In this document: one piece after another, positions 17,336 through 26,085 of the stretch
Position numbering within the stretch: position 1 is the first letter of the stretch
Layout of the letters: each line of letters begins with the position of its first letter
Assembly: GCA_964627245.1 (NCBI GenBank)
Contig: CAZVGS010000001.1
Location: 89,256 to 153,255, forward strand
DNA: 64,000 nt
Reading direction: 5' to 3'
Source of the DNA: an uncultured Gammaproteobacteria bacterium
GTDB taxonomy: Bacteria; Patescibacteriota; Microgenomatia; Levybacterales; GWA1-39-11
Made by a program: the position numbers and the translations under genes
Notes under the pieces: model-generated
Databases searched by the model: none
Told to the model about the DNA's origin: nothing
What the model saw: the letters and a program-made list of their open reading frames with translations, nothing else

Positions 17336-17608
17336 GTGAAAATTATGGACAAAAGTAACGAAAACAACCTATGCAATCATTCATTCGGCGAAATAACTGA
17401 ATCAACTGACGGAGTATTTTTTATTGACTGTGAACTTTGCGAAAAGAGAGTAAGAATGACTGATGAACAGTCTGAAGAATTCATGAAATTTAGAGAAAGT
17501 ATGTGTCAGAAATGCAAATCGAATACGGCCGATTGCGGTGATTTATGTAAACGTTGTGACGGTATTTACAAAATTTTAGAGGCTACAAGAACGGAAGAAT
17601 CATGGTAA
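17336..17608 (+). CDS. Cys-rich (multi-CxxC) zinc-binding small protein, 90 aa
   Basis: CNHSF...CELCEKR...CQKCKS...CGDLCKRCDG; strong SD AAGGAAAGGGGGTG. Confidence 0.5.
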   Translation: MKIMDKSNENNLCNHSFGEITESTDGVFFIDCELCEKRVRMTDEQSEEFMKFRESMCQKCKSNTADCGDLCKRCDGIYKILEATRTEESW

Positions 17609-17689
17609 GAGCTGAGAGTTTGTGAGTTTTGCCTGGAGTGGTCCCGGATCACTTCAGACAAAGAACATAAGAGAAGGAGGTGTATTAAT

Positions 17690-18106
17690 ATGGAACACAA
17701 AATATTTAATAAAAAGCATGGATTTACGCAGATTGAAAACTGTATTCTGCGCAGTTCTGTTTTAAGCCAGTCAGCAAAGTTGGTTTATGCTGACCTCGTT
17801 TCTTATGACTTTAATAGTAAAGGAGTTTTCCCGGGACAAGACAGAATGGCATGGGATTTGAGAATGTCACTTAGAACCATCATCCGCGCAATTAAAGAAC
17901 TGGAATCCTGGGGTTTGATAACCGTTGAGCGAAGGGGTAGGAACAAACCCAACTTTTACATTATTGAAGAGGTCCCCCAGAAATTAAAAGATATGTTCAA
18001 CTTTACCCAGCTCGAATGGAAAATACAAAAGGATATGTCACCGGAACAAAGAGCTGAAAGAAACAAAGTTGTGAAAAAACAATGGAAAGAATTCGGCTGG
18101 ATTTGA
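17690..18106 (+). CDS. winged-helix DNA-binding protein, phage/plasmid replication-initiator or regulator-like
   Basis: 138 aa; LSLRTIIRAIKELESWGLITVERRGRNKPNFYII resembles wHTH initiator/regulator domains; SD AGAAGGAGGTG; followed by direct repeats. Confidence 0.5.
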   Translation: MEHKIFNKKHGFTQIENCILRSSVLSQSAKLVYADLVSYDFNSKGVFPGQDRMAWDLRMSLRTIIRAIKELESWGLITVERRGRNKPNFYIIEEVPQKLKDMFNFTQLEWKIQKDMSPEQRAERNKVVKKQWKEFGWI

Positions 18107-18108
18107 GC

Positions 18109-18143
18109 GGGATGTGACAAATGGGATACTTCAGGATGTGACA
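18109..18143 (+). repeat. two direct copies of GGATGTGACA, 25 bp apart (iteron or operator-like)
   Basis: 18109-18118 and 18134-18143, immediately downstream of the wHTH gene. Confidence 0.3.
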
Positions 18144-18345
18144 CCAGAGTAACCGAAGAATACTAAGATCTAATAATACTAAGTCTCACACTCACTCGCT
18201 TTCGCTCGCTCGTTGGCGCAGCAGAAATAATTGTTTTACCACGAATGATTACTATTAAGTTTTCTTTCGAGGCTTTTCTTATTCTCGGCTATAACGACAA
18301 GAGGTTTTCGCTTATCATTAACTCTCACAAAAATGATCAATAGTG

Positions 18346-18422
18346 TTGAGTATATAAGATAAAAGTGCTATATTGTATATATCTTTTCTGATAGAACGTG
18401 AGAGGTTCTACTTACTCACGTT
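18346..18422 (+). promoter_or_regulatory. candidate promoter (TTGAGT-N17-TATATT) followed by a perfect 8-bp inverted repeat AACGTGAG-N12-CTCACGTT (operator-like) ahead of the small-ORF/recombinase operon
   Basis: -35 at 18346-18351; -10 at 18369-18374; inverted repeat at 18395-18422 ends 1 nt before the ATG at 18423. Confidence 0.35.
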
Positions 18423-18560
18423 ATGACTATTCAGGAAAAAGAACAATTAAAAAATTTACCTCCCTTACCTGAAGAGGTTGAAGCTAAATTGCGTGCATTC
18501 GTTAATCTGATTATCGACCGCGTGCAGGAAGAACAGGCCAAGGGGGTAGTAAAAAAATGA
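18423..18560 (+). CDS. small ORF (45 aa) translationally coupled to the recombinase; candidate directionality factor or accessory protein
   Basis: MTIQEKEQLKNLPPLPEEVEAKLRAFVNLIIDRVQEEQAKGVVKK; its TGA stop overlaps the recombinase ATG (ATGA); below the ORF-track size cutoff. Confidence 0.3.
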   Translation: MTIQEKEQLKNLPPLPEEVEAKLRAFVNLIIDRVQEEQAKGVVKK

Positions 18561-20233
18561 AGTATCAGGCAGTTGCTTTACTCCGTGTATCATCGACAAA
18601 ACAGGGCCTTCAGGGCGATTCTCCAGACGACCAAAAAGTTCAGATTATAATCAAGGCTTCCACCTTCAACATCTTACCCGAACAGATTAAATTCTTTAAG
18701 CTCATACAGTCAGCATCGGGCGAAATTCAGCCCGCACAGGACGTTATAGACTTCTGTAAAACAAATCAGGTTGAATACTGCTTTATTAAATCCATTGACC
18801 GATTTACGCGCGGTGGTGCCGATTTTTATCCATATCTTAAGAATCAACTTATAAAAGTAGGTGTTCAGTTAGTAGATGTATTCGGTGTGATCAATCCGAC
18901 AGAAGTGAATACTCTTGAACATCTCGGAATGTCATTCAAGTGGAGCAAATACCACCCTTCCTATACCTCCGAATTACTGGAAGCCGAACGCGCAAAGTCT
19001 GAGGTCCGGGATATTCTTTCCAGACTTATCGGGGCGGAAATCCGTTATATCCGTATGGGTTATTGGGTAGGTCCACCGCCACAGGGATTAGTTACCGATA
19101 AGATAGAGACTGACTTTGACGGAAAAAGAACAATTCTTTCCCCTGACCCGAAGCGAAGCATCTTCTTTAAGCGGATGTTTGAACTTCGCGCTCAGGGTAA
19201 TCTTACCGACCATGAAATAGTTACCGCAATCAATGAAATGGGATATAAATCCCCTGAAAGACGAAGAAGAAAGAGCAAGCACGACCCGACCGTTATCGGA
19301 ATAATCGGTGGTACGCCGTTAACCTGCAAGCAGATGAGAAACTTTATCGAAAACCCCATATACGCGGGAATAATCGTTCACGGATTCTCACAATTCAAGC
19401 CCGTAAAAGCGAAGTTCGAAGGACTTGTGAGTGTTGGTACATGGAACAAGGCCAATAGAGGCAGAGCTACAATCGTAACAGACGGAGATACGATCAGAAT
19501 TCTCAGACAGGAACCTGAATCGTGGCAATTAACCAAGCAGAAGCAGAATCCTGAATTTCCGTACAGGGAGTTCGTATTATGTTCTGAGTGTAAACACCCG
19601 CTGAAAGGTTCATTCTCTACCGGGAAACTCGGCAAAAAGTATCCGGGATATCATTGTTCGCTCAGACATAAGCTTTATAGAATCCCGAGGAAGGACTTTG
19701 ATAAAACCATAGAGAAATTTGTATCAGAGGTAAAGTTCTCCGACCGATTCAAACTATATCTCAAAAAGTACGCGCTTGAGGAAATGGAGAAACGAAGAAT
19801 GCTTGCGGTTGATGATTCGCTGCATTTCCAACAACTCACGGCAAACCTGACGGCCGAGAAAAAACTAATCCTTGAGAAAGTGAAAATCCTCTCAAATCCT
19901 CTCATGCTCAAAGAACTTGAAAAACAGCTTGAAGATGTGGAGGCAAAGCTTATTCAGGCCAAGCAGAAGCGCAATAATAAGGAAGAAGCTGAGGTTCAAA
20001 TTGACACTTTAATTGCACATGCGAATTATTACATGGAACACCTCAAGGAATTACTCTTTTCAGGCACGAATCCGATACGGGACGCGGAGTTTTTCAGCCT
20101 GTTATTTGAAGAATTACCTACCTATAAAGAACTGGAGGATGGAACACCTAAATTAGATTGTCTGTTCAGGCTAAATGAAGCATTCAATACGCCTCAAAGT
20201 GATGTTGTGAGCGGCCAGGGACTCGAACCCTGA
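18557..20233 (+). CDS. large serine recombinase (phage-integrase type)
   Basis: 558 aa. N-terminal resolvase-type catalytic motif (ALLRVSSTKQG), central recombinase domain, Cys-containing zinc-ribbon region (CSECKHP...YHCS) and C-terminal coiled-coil region. Its 3' end overlaps tRNA-Lys. Confidence 0.85.
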   Translation: MKYQAVALLRVSSTKQGLQGDSPDDQKVQIIIKASTFNILPEQIKFFKLIQSASGEIQPAQDVIDFCKTNQVEYCFIKSIDRFTRGGADFYPYLKNQLIKVGVQLVDVFGVINPTEVNTLEHLGMSFKWSKYHPSYTSELLEAERAKSEVRDILSRLIGAEIRYIRMGYWVGPPPQGLVTDKIETDFDGKRTILSPDPKRSIFFKRMFELRAQGNLTDHEIVTAINEMGYKSPERRRRKSKHDPTVIGIIGGTPLTCKQMRNFIENPIYAGIIVHGFSQFKPVKAKFEGLVSVGTWNKANRGRATIVTDGDTIRILRQEPESWQLTKQKQNPEFPYREFVLCSECKHPLKGSFSTGKLGKKYPGYHCSLRHKLYRIPRKDFDKTIEKFVSEVKFSDRFKLYLKKYALEEMEKRRMLAVDDSLHFQQLTANLTAEKKLILEKVKILSNPLMLKELEKQLEDVEAKLIQAKQKRNNKEEAEVQIDTLIAHANYYMEHLKELLFSGTNPIRDAEFFSLLFEELPTYKELEDGTPKLDCLFRLNEAFNTPQSDVVSGQGLEP

Positions 20234-20279
20234 ACCGATTCCTTAAGAGGGAATTGCTCTACCATTGAGCTAGCCGCCC
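20208..20279 (-). tRNA. tRNA-Lys (anticodon CTT)
   Basis: Hand fold: acceptor GGGCGGC/GCCGCTC (one G-U), D arm GCTC-AATGGTA-GAGC, anticodon loop CTCTTAA, T arm CAGGG-TTCGAGT-CCCTG; no encoded CCA; the 3' 26 nt lie inside the recombinase ORF. Confidence 0.75.
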
Positions 20280-20319
20280 GCGTAAAACTCACTGCGTTCG
20301 TCACGCGGTGAACCCTACT

Positions 20320-20607
20320 CTACATCTCACCGACCTTGTCACTGTGTGAATGATGTATTATATAATTTTTAAGTTGCTTTTTTAAGTAATTTCTTCCTGA
20401 ACCACTTTTTAAGAATTTTTCCTTTGAAGTGGCATCGGATCTGTTCAAATAGGCCTCACAGTATATAAGCTTCCAAGGCTTATAAGATTTAGTTGATTGA
20501 ACTAAACCCTTGTTATGTTTGCCCAAACGAACTATCACATTTGATGGTGTGAATCCGATATACCACTTTTTCGTGCTTATACTTTCTAGAACGTAAACTT
20601 TATACAT
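20320..20607 (-). CDS. GIY-YIG nuclease family small protein (YhbQ/UPF0213-like), 95 aa from the internal Met
   Basis: MYKVYVLESISTKKWYIGFT...LGKHNKG...KPWKL matches the GIY-YIG core; the longer called ORF (to 20682) would overlap tRNA-Arg, so start at 20607. Confidence 0.6.
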   Translation of the reverse strand: MYKVYVLESISTKKWYIGFTPSNVIVRLGKHNKGLVQSTKSYKPWKLIYCEAYLNRSDATSKEKFLKSGSGRNYLKKQLKNYIIHHSHSDKVGEM

Positions 20608-20655
20608 TCCGCTCTTGCTTGCAACGTGATCCCGCAATTGCGGGATTTTACGCTG

Positions 20656-20728
20656 CGCGCCCGAAGGGAGTCGAACCCCCAACCGTCTCGTCCGAAGCGA
20701 GATGCTCTATCCATTAAGCTACGGGCGC
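20656..20728 (-). tRNA. tRNA-Arg (anticodon TCG)
   Basis: Hand fold: acceptor GCGCCCG/CGGGCGC, anticodon stem TCTCG/CGAGA with loop CTTCGGA, T-loop TTCGACT; T-stem has two G-U pairs; ends are +/-1. Confidence 0.7.
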
Positions 20729-20852
20729 CCGAACTCCTTCACTAAAAAAGCTATAGGTTTGAATGAACTTACTTATTTTACCAGAAAGTATGTTTTACCT
20801 CAATTCGTATATTTTTGGACTTTTTTTTGCTATACTCAGTTTGAGGTCAAAT

Positions 20853-21800
20853 ATGAATCCTGAATTTTCAGTTATAGTTCCTGTTTTTAACGAAGAAGAA
20901 AGTCTTTCCGAGCTTATAGCGCGTATTGGATCTGGTTTTAAGAGTTTTGGCAGAACTTACGAGATAATTTTTGTTGATGACGGATCAACAGATGCGTCAC
21001 TTGAGCTTTGCAAAAAATATGCACGTGATCACAAGAATATTCATGTGCTTTCATTTAGAAAAAATCTCGGAAAGTCTCCTGCATTAACAGTAGGTTTTGA
21101 GCATGCAAAAGGCGATTTTATTGTTACAATGGATGCCGATTTGCAAGACGATCCTAACAATATTCCCAAGTTGTTTGCAAAACTTGAAAAGGACAATTTA
21201 GATCTGGTGTCAGGATGGAGAAAAGAAAGACGTGACAGTTTTACAAAAAAAATCTCATCAAAACTATTTAATAAAGTTATTATTCCTGTTCTTTTTAACG
21301 TTAACTTTCATGATATGAATTGCGGACTCAAACTTTATAAAAAAAGCTTGGCAAAAGAGTTGAGGATTTACGGAGGAATGCACAGATTTATCCCTGTATT
21401 GGCATCTGAGATGGGATACAAGGCAGCAGAGGAAGCCATAGTCCATCATGCCAGAAAATACGGCTACTCAAAATACAAACCAACTAAAATACTAACGGAC
21501 ATCCCCGATATTTTTACGATGTTTTTCTTAACAAAGTACACAAGACGTCCTCTTCATTTCTTTTTCCAACTGGGTGCTATTTTGCTTTTTTTAGGATTTT
21601 CAATACTTTTATATTTAACATTTATCAAGTTGTTTCTTGGGGAAACTATTGGAGGTAGACCTCTTTTAATATTTGGCGTACTTTTTGTAATCGGAGGAGC
21701 ACAAACTATATTTACGGGTCTTCTTGCCGACTTGATAGTAAAAGTAAATGAAAAAAGCATTAATAACTATCTCATAAAATTTAAGTCGCCTTCTTTATGA
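20853..21800 (+). CDS. family-2 glycosyltransferase, polyprenyl-phosphate sugar transferase type (DPM1/ArnC/GtrB-like) with C-terminal TM helices
   Basis: SVIVPVFNEEESL, FVDDGSTD and TMDADLQDDP motifs; two C-terminal TM helices; SD GAGG 5 nt before the ATG at 20853 (the called ORF's upstream 30 codons are probably not translated). Confidence 0.75.
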   Translation: MNPEFSVIVPVFNEEESLSELIARIGSGFKSFGRTYEIIFVDDGSTDASLELCKKYARDHKNIHVLSFRKNLGKSPALTVGFEHAKGDFIVTMDADLQDDPNNIPKLFAKLEKDNLDLVSGWRKERRDSFTKKISSKLFNKVIIPVLFNVNFHDMNCGLKLYKKSLAKELRIYGGMHRFIPVLASEMGYKAAEEAIVHHARKYGYSKYKPTKILTDIPDIFTMFFLTKYTRRPLHFFFQLGAILLFLGFSILLYLTFIKLFLGETIGGRPLLIFGVLFVIGGAQTIFTGLLADLIVKVNEKSINNYLIKFKSPSL

Positions 21801-24079
21801 ATTTGAAGAATCTGCTCCGTTTTTTCTTAGGAATTCCTCTAACAATAATTGCGTTCATTTTTATAGGAAAAATTTTTGTTGACGGACGCTATCAAATATT
21901 TGACTCAATCAAAACAATCAAGCCAGAGCTTTTTTTTCTTGGATTTTTATTTTATGCTACCTTTTTTGCGGTTAAGTCTTTTGCTTGGATTAAGATTTTA
22001 TCCGCGCGCGGACACAGCCCAGATCCCAGACAAACCATTTACCACTACTCTCTTTCCGAAATAAGAAGATACATACCCGGTAGTATTTTTGCATTCATCG
22101 GCAGGGTTGACACACACAAAACAATTCCTAAAAAAGAAACCCTGAAAGGAATTGGCATTGAAGCAATTCTTTTAGTAAGCTCTGCACTAATTGTTTCAAT
22201 GCCGGCACTTTTTTTCCTTGTACAAAAAACTCTTCCGCAGATATTGCTGGGTATGAAGATTTTAGTTATATCCCTTACTGTTTTTTTTATATTTTTGTCA
22301 TTATTTAAAAAGAAAGTTGGTACTATAGTAATAAAGTATATAAACTTATTTTTTATCTTCGTGATTGCCTGGTCCTTCTATGCTATTGGCAGTCTTCTTA
22401 TTTTTTTATCTCTCACTTTTGTAAATCCGCAAGATTATATAACAATAGCATCAATTTTTACGCTTTCATGGATGGGAGGATACTTACTTTTTATAACCCC
22501 TATGGGTCTTGGGGCAAGGGAACTTATTACGACTTTTGCACTCTCTTTTTATATTTCGCCTGCACTTGCAGGAGCGCTAGCCGTTATTACAAGACTTTCA
22601 ATGATATGCGGTGAATTATTTTACCTTGCATTTTCTTACTCTTTCTCAAAAGTAAAAAACAATTCTTTTATTGTTAAAGTAAATCCTTTTCTTACAATAG
22701 TTGTTGCGATTGCATTTCTTTATTTTATTTTTTTCTCCTACTACAGCATCGCAAAACACGACACTTTCTTGACTGGACGGTTTGATCTGGGGAATATGGA
22801 TCAGACCGTTTGGAATACTCTACACGGGAGATTTTTTGAACTTACAAATCCTGACGGGGTGAATAATATTTCAAGACTTGGAGTACATTCCGATATTTTT
22901 CTCATTTTTCTAGCTCCTCTTTATCTGCTTTGGGAAAGCCCAAAAATACTTCTTATCTTTCAATCATTATCTTTAGCCACAGCTGGAATTTTGATTTATC
23001 TAATCGCAAAAAAAATAACCGGTAAAGAAATAATTTCTTTTATCTTCGCCCTGTCTTTTTATTCAAATTTTTGGATTCATGAACAAAATCTCTTTGATTT
23101 TCATGCCGTATCAATTGCAACCATGCTACTGCTTGCTGCGTTTTACTTTCTTATTGAGAAGAAAGCACGGTTGTTTCTGTTTTTTCTTCTGCTTGCAGCA
23201 TCCACAAAAGAAAATATATTTTTTATTCTTTCTATATTCGGATTGTTCTTTCTCAAGAAAAAAGCCTGGGGTATTGGTCTAGTTTTAACCATTGTACCAA
23301 TTATAATTTTTTTCTTTCTGATAACTTATGCCATACCTGTAGCAAGAGGAGAAGAGCATTTTGCTCTTGATGCTTATCAATATCTCGGAAATTCACCGAT
23401 AAATATGCTAAAAAATGCAATACTAAATCCTTCAATAATAAGTCGTCAAATATTCAATTATTCTACTTTTGAGTATCTTAATAATCATTTTTTCCCTACT
23501 GGATATTTAACATTGCTTTCCCCTTTTTATATTCTTTTTGCATTACCCGATATGGCAATTTATCTATTCTCCGCAAATTTTGGCTACAGATCATACCAGT
23601 ACCATTTTGGAGCAGCAATTCTTCCCTTTATCTATATTGGCGCTATGTTTGGTTTTAATAAACTCATCACCAAATTTAAGAATTATAAATCAGAAAACAT
23701 TATTTACTATTACTTAGTATTTATAACCTTATATACTCTTTACTATTACTCGCCAATTCCGGGAATGAAGAATGGAGACGCCTCACCGCTTTATGTTAAA
23801 AACGCGGAAGTTATTGAAAAATATCTTACTTATATTCCGTCAACTATCGATGTTGCCGCGTCAAATTCGCTTGGAGCTCATTTATCCCAAAGAGAAAAAA
23901 TTTATGTTATCCCTTACGGAATAAATCGATCTACATATATAGCCCTGTATAAGGAACAGCAGGCAATACTTGACATGGTAGACTGGACTAAGTATGACTT
24001 TGTTATACGGGATGAAAAAAATAATTTTTTTATACTTAGGAGAAAATTCAATTTAACATGCGCGGACTGCATGCCCTAA
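21797..24079 (+). CDS. polytopic membrane protein: N-terminal flippase-like (lysyl-PG synthase TM-region-like) part fused to a DUF2079-like putative glycosyl/mannosyltransferase membrane domain
   Basis: 760 aa with more than 15 TM segments; GRFDLGNMDQTVWNTLHGRFFE resembles the DUF2079 N-terminus; ATGA overlap with the upstream GT2 gene. Confidence 0.5.
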   Translation: MNLKNLLRFFLGIPLTIIAFIFIGKIFVDGRYQIFDSIKTIKPELFFLGFLFYATFFAVKSFAWIKILSARGHSPDPRQTIYHYSLSEIRRYIPGSIFAFIGRVDTHKTIPKKETLKGIGIEAILLVSSALIVSMPALFFLVQKTLPQILLGMKILVISLTVFFIFLSLFKKKVGTIVIKYINLFFIFVIAWSFYAIGSLLIFLSLTFVNPQDYITIASIFTLSWMGGYLLFITPMGLGARELITTFALSFYISPALAGALAVITRLSMICGELFYLAFSYSFSKVKNNSFIVKVNPFLTIVVAIAFLYFIFFSYYSIAKHDTFLTGRFDLGNMDQTVWNTLHGRFFELTNPDGVNNISRLGVHSDIFLIFLAPLYLLWESPKILLIFQSLSLATAGILIYLIAKKITGKEIISFIFALSFYSNFWIHEQNLFDFHAVSIATMLLLAAFYFLIEKKARLFLFFLLLAASTKENIFFILSIFGLFFLKKKAWGIGLVLTIVPIIIFFFLITYAIPVARGEEHFALDAYQYLGNSPINMLKNAILNPSIISRQIFNYSTFEYLNNHFFPTGYLTLLSPFYILFALPDMAIYLFSANFGYRSYQYHFGAAILPFIYIGAMFGFNKLITKFKNYKSENIIYYYLVFITLYTLYYYSPIPGMKNGDASPLYVKNAEVIEKYLTYIPSTIDVAASNSLGAHLSQREKIYVIPYGINRSTYIALYKEQQAILDMVDWTKYDFVIRDEKNNFFILRRKFNLTCADCMP

Positions 24080-25426
24080 TTAGTCTTTCAAAACATTATA
24101 CTCTTTCGGAAAATATAAAAAAGAAGCAGGAACATCATCTGTTAAATACTTCTGAAAATCGGAATATATCTTTTTTCTCTCCTCAACATCTGTAATTGAT
24201 CTTCCGTCTTCAAGTAATTTATCTATTCTAAGATTTTTATAGAAAGTTATGTTATTAACTTGATCGGAATGCCAAAGTACGTATTGATCGGGATCCTTAG
24301 GAAGCTTAATTTTATACATGAAGGCTTGAAAGTCGGAAGGCATATCTCCCACAATTTTTATTTTTGAATCTATTCCAATTTTCTTCCAAGCTTTTTGCAC
24401 CTCTTCAGCAACCTTGTGATATTCATCTGTTGTTGAAATTTCGATAGGCTCTATCGGCTTATCCTCAACCATATCAAGTATAGTTTTTGCAAGCTCAAAA
24501 TCAGCAATTTTATAAGAGGGAGGCTGACTAAAATATTGGGAGGTCGGCGGTATGGGACCAAAAGCTCTCTCGCCTGCATCCAGGCCCCCCGGAAGAGCAT
24601 AATTTAAGGCTTGACGTATTTTTTTATTATTTAACACTGAGTCATTGCTGTTATAAAAAATTGCAACAAGGGAATCGTAATTAATGTAAGCCTCCGACTT
24701 AACCTTTCCCCACTTTGAAAGATCAGTATTGTCAATAAGAGTATTTGAAACTCCATAGATCCTGCTGACTTCACCTAACATAAAAGCAATTTTTAAGGCC
24801 CTTTGGGTTGGATAAAAGTATATTTTCTGCTTTTTTTCTTTTGACTTAGGATCCGACAAAGTCAAACTCCTGACATAACCTCCATTAAGATCAACGTCAG
24901 ATACCTTATACTTGCCTATTCCCGATAAATTTTTTCCGAATATAGGCCTGGAGGTGCTTACAAGAAAAGGTGAGTATGCGTTTTTTAGAGTATAAGAAAT
25001 AGTATATTTATCTACAGGTTTTACCAAAACATCCGCAAAATTGAGGTCAACATTCTCACTGGTTAGTTCTTTTCCATCATGAAATTTTATACCTTTCTTC
25101 AGCTTGAATGTATAAGTTTTTTCGTCTTTAACTGTCCATGACTCAGCAGCGCCCGGCTGAATTTCTCCTTTTTCGTTCACTTTGGTAAGTCCATAGCTTA
25201 CATTTTCCAATATGTCATCAGGCAGTGTTTGAATAGTATAAGTTCCGGCATAACCAATATCCTGACTCGTCTTGAAGATTAGTGGTCTGAAGTAATAATT
25301 TAGAAGCCCAATGAATGCAAAAAAAACAAATATCCCAAGAATCGCAGAACTTATTATAGTTTTGCTCATTTTCCTGAAATACGCCTTGATAAGCCACGCG
25401 TAGTAGCGCCTCTTTAAACTTGCCAT
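24080..25426 (-). CDS. membrane-anchored solute-binding protein, family 5-like (Opp/Dpp-type)
   Basis: N-terminal TM; WTVKDEKTYTFKLKKGIKFHDGKELTSENV resembles the SBP_bac_5 signature region. Confidence 0.5.
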   Translation of the reverse strand: MASLKRRYYAWLIKAYFRKMSKTIISSAILGIFVFFAFIGLLNYYFRPLIFKTSQDIGYAGTYTIQTLPDDILENVSYGLTKVNEKGEIQPGAAESWTVKDEKTYTFKLKKGIKFHDGKELTSENVDLNFADVLVKPVDKYTISYTLKNAYSPFLVSTSRPIFGKNLSGIGKYKVSDVDLNGGYVRSLTLSDPKSKEKKQKIYFYPTQRALKIAFMLGEVSRIYGVSNTLIDNTDLSKWGKVKSEAYINYDSLVAIFYNSNDSVLNNKKIRQALNYALPGGLDAGERAFGPIPPTSQYFSQPPSYKIADFELAKTILDMVEDKPIEPIEISTTDEYHKVAEEVQKAWKKIGIDSKIKIVGDMPSDFQAFMYKIKLPKDPDQYVLWHSDQVNNITFYKNLRIDKLLEDGRSITDVEERKKIYSDFQKYLTDDVPASFLYFPKEYNVLKD

Positions 25427-25433
25427 ATAAAAA

Positions 25434-25649
25434 CTACTGCAGTACGAGAGCTAAGATGGAGTTGGCCGCAAAAAGAACAGCTAGTATTATTGTTGCGTAA
25501 AATAAGAATTTTTCAAGACCCCGCTTGCTCCGAAAACTCTCTCCGCCGCCGCCAAATGCAATTCCTGCTTCACTTCCCCTTCTTTGAAGGGTAATGACCA
25601 GAACTAAACCTATTGATAAGAATACCTGAACAATAGCAAAAATATTCAT
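25434..25649 (-). CDS. secG: preprotein translocase subunit SecG
   Basis: 71 aa; two TM helices flanking a Gly-rich loop IAFGGGGESFRSKRGLEKFL, typical of SecG. Confidence 0.7.
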   Translation of the reverse strand: MNIFAIVQVFLSIGLVLVITLQRRGSEAGIAFGGGGESFRSKRGLEKFLFYATIILAVLFAANSILALVLQ

Positions 25650-25650
25650 T

Positions 25651-26055
25651 TTATTTCCCGAAAAGCCAGTTTATGACCTTAGTGATGAGGTATATTGTAA
25701 CAGAAATGAGCACGTAAGACAAAAGGGTTGTTACGTAAAATCGGTGGACTTCAATTCCCCAAAAACTATATCCGGAAAAGGTAAACGGCCTTATTTCAAT
25801 CGGAGGATATATAAGGGTTATTAGAAAGAGTATAAAAGCAATTATAAGCACGCTGAATAATCCAAGGCTTATTAAATTGAAAGGTAAAGAGATAATAGAC
25901 AATACAGGCTTTAACACTTTATAGCCTATTGCAAGAAGTATTCCCCCAATAAAAAGCGTGTTAAATCCTCCGTGAAGCACCAATCCCTCAAAAATAATTT
26001 GAGTTAAATAAAGAGCGAATGCGTAAAGCAGGATGTTTTTTAGAATTGCTTTCAT
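25651..26055 (-). CDS. small polytopic membrane protein (4 TM), unknown
   Basis: Hydrophobic helix pattern only. Confidence 0.4.
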   Translation of the reverse strand: MKAILKNILLYAFALYLTQIIFEGLVLHGGFNTLFIGGILLAIGYKVLKPVLSIISLPFNLISLGLFSVLIIAFILFLITLIYPPIEIRPFTFSGYSFWGIEVHRFYVTTLLSYVLISVTIYLITKVINWLFGK

Positions 26056-26085
26056 CTATATAGAATAACATAAATGAAGGTGAAA

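Larger units (their letters stand above)
4138..20233 (+). mobile_element. integrated mobile element (prophage-like or integrative element) carrying a large serine recombinase next to tRNA-Lys(CTT); left boundary uncertain (between about 3950 and 4840)
   Basis: Recombinase gene 3' end overlaps the tRNA 3' end. The region has tightly packed, translationally coupled small ORFs with strong SD sequences, higher GC than flanks, RHH and zinc-ribbon proteins, a wHTH initiator-like protein and repeated promoter-like motifs. Confidence 0.5.

Noticed and set aside
20608-20682. Longer 120-aa form of the GIY-YIG ORF
   Set aside because: The extra N-terminal 25 codons overlap tRNA-Arg, and the conserved GIY-YIG domain begins at the internal Met.
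20763-20852. 30-codon N-terminal extension of the GT2 gene
   Set aside because: A GAGG Shine-Dalgarno sits 5 nt before the internal ATG at 20853, and the extension has no signal or TM logic.
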